The notes under the pieces: generated by a model | Told to the model about the DNA's origin: nothing | What the model saw: the letters and a program-made list of their open reading frames with translations, nothing else | Databases searched by the model: none | Program-made: the position numbers and the translations under genes | Source of the DNA: Methanotrichaceae archaeon | GTDB taxonomy: Archaea; Halobacteriota; Methanosarcinia; Methanotrichales; Methanotrichaceae | Direction: 5' to 3' | DNA length: 27,963 nt | Assembly: GCA_963754945.1 (NCBI GenBank) | Contig: CAVWIG010000050.1 | Coordinates: forward strand, 1 to 27,963 | Shown: piece after piece, positions 27,169-27,963 of the stretch | Numbering within the stretch: the stretch's first letter is position 1 | Layout of the letters: every line of letters begins with the position of its first letter

Positions 27169-27524
27169 CTCGAAAAGATTTTTTCTCTCTCCCCATCCTC
27201 TAAGTTCAGTTTGGTAATCATAACGTTCGATGGATGGATTGGCCTTGGAACTTCTGTGCCGTCAGCGCGGAAGTTGGAAACACCGTGAACCTTGATTAAG
27301 GTCTTCTTCAGGTCGACGTTCTCGACCTCACCCTCAACTCCGGCGTGATCTCCGCGCATAACCCTGACTGTGTCGCCCTTGCGGATCTGAGCATGGCGAC
27401 TCTTCAGCTCCGCCCGAAGCTCTTTGCTCAGGATGGAGTGCATGTACTTCTGCCTTATATGCAGCGGCGCATTGTACCTAATCTTTCGCTGTTTGCGTGG
27501 CTGAATGCTGTTCATAATCATCAC
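27165..27524 (-). CDS. rpl24: Ribosomal protein uL24
   Basis: [23 protein letters not shown]. Confidence 0.96.
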   Translation of the reverse strand: MMIMNSIQPRKQRKIRYNAPLHIRQKYMHSILSKELRAELKSRHAQIRKGDTVRVMRGDHAGVEGEVENVDLKKTLIKVHGVSNFRADGTEVPRPIHPSNVMITKLNLEDGEREKIFSR

Positions 27525-27919
27525 ACTATCATGGATGCGGCAGAAGCTATCTTACCAAACCGTTCCGCAACCTCACGAGCAACTGGTCCTTTGACCTCGG
27601 ACCCCTTGGGGACACCCTCGTCGTCTACTATGACGGCGGCGTTGTCCTCGAAGCTGACCCGCAGTCCATCAGGCCTGCGGAACTCTTTCCTCTGGCGAAC
27701 GATAACGGCTTTGAACATCTGCTTTCGCATCTCGGGAGTTCCTTTCTTTACGGAGACTACAACCGTGTCCGCGATTCCTGCGCAGGGCTGTCTATTTTTT
27801 ACGCCGCGGTATTTCTTTACCGCTATGACGAATAGCGTACGCGCACCTGTATTGTCTACGCAATCCAGGTATGCGCCAGTGTTGATCGCCCTTGGGATCT
27901 TGGCCTTAAGTCCTCTCAT
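27521..27919 (-). CDS. rpl14: Ribosomal protein uL14
   Basis: [28 protein letters not shown]. Confidence 0.97.
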   Translation of the reverse strand: MRGLKAKIPRAINTGAYLDCVDNTGARTLFVIAVKKYRGVKNRQPCAGIADTVVVSVKKGTPEMRKQMFKAVIVRQRKEFRRPDGLRVSFEDNAAVIVDDEGVPKGSEVKGPVAREVAERFGKIASAASMIV

Positions 27920-27963
27920 TTCAAAACCTCCACTATCACGTAGGACTTTGTATTGGAGAGAGG
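27916..27963 (-). CDS. rps17: Ribosomal protein uS17, 3' fragment
   Basis: [15 protein letters not shown]; TGA overlaps the rpl14 ATG; expected gene order. Confidence 0.85.
   Translation of the reverse strand, partial: PLSNTKSYVIVEVLK

Noticed and set aside
8759-27288. Many antisense or overlapping ORFs in the track (e.g. 9285-9860, 19651-20226, 26581-27288)
   Set aside because: Shadows of well-supported genes, with no motifs or RBS.

Overview
Archaeal chromosomal window, most likely a Methanothrix-like methanogen (inferred from gene content and protein style). Left part (1-~8650) is a visibly AT-richer decay zone: a frameshifted secreted protein, a dead IS1634, small hypothetical and decayed genes, and a CHASE4 histidine kinase cut by an IS701 element that itself carries a nested IS5 element. 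The centre is core genome (gltX, Nudix, MfnE-like kinase, Zn-ribbon protein, aEF-1beta, tRNA-Ala), followed by six accessory or envelope genes up to a convergent tRNA-Ser. The right part is the distal ribosomal protein operon on the minus strand (rps17 to rpl15, secY, DUF106, cmk, cbf5, tRNA-Ser). The best novel candidate is an unannotated ~57-nt hairpin RNA (11060-11116) with its own BRE/TATA-like promoter and an exposed anti-Shine-Dalgarno loop. Ten nt of that loop are perfectly complementary to the RBS of the nearby Zn-ribbon/aEF-1beta/tRNA-Ala unit. No CRISPR array, integrase or defence system is visible.
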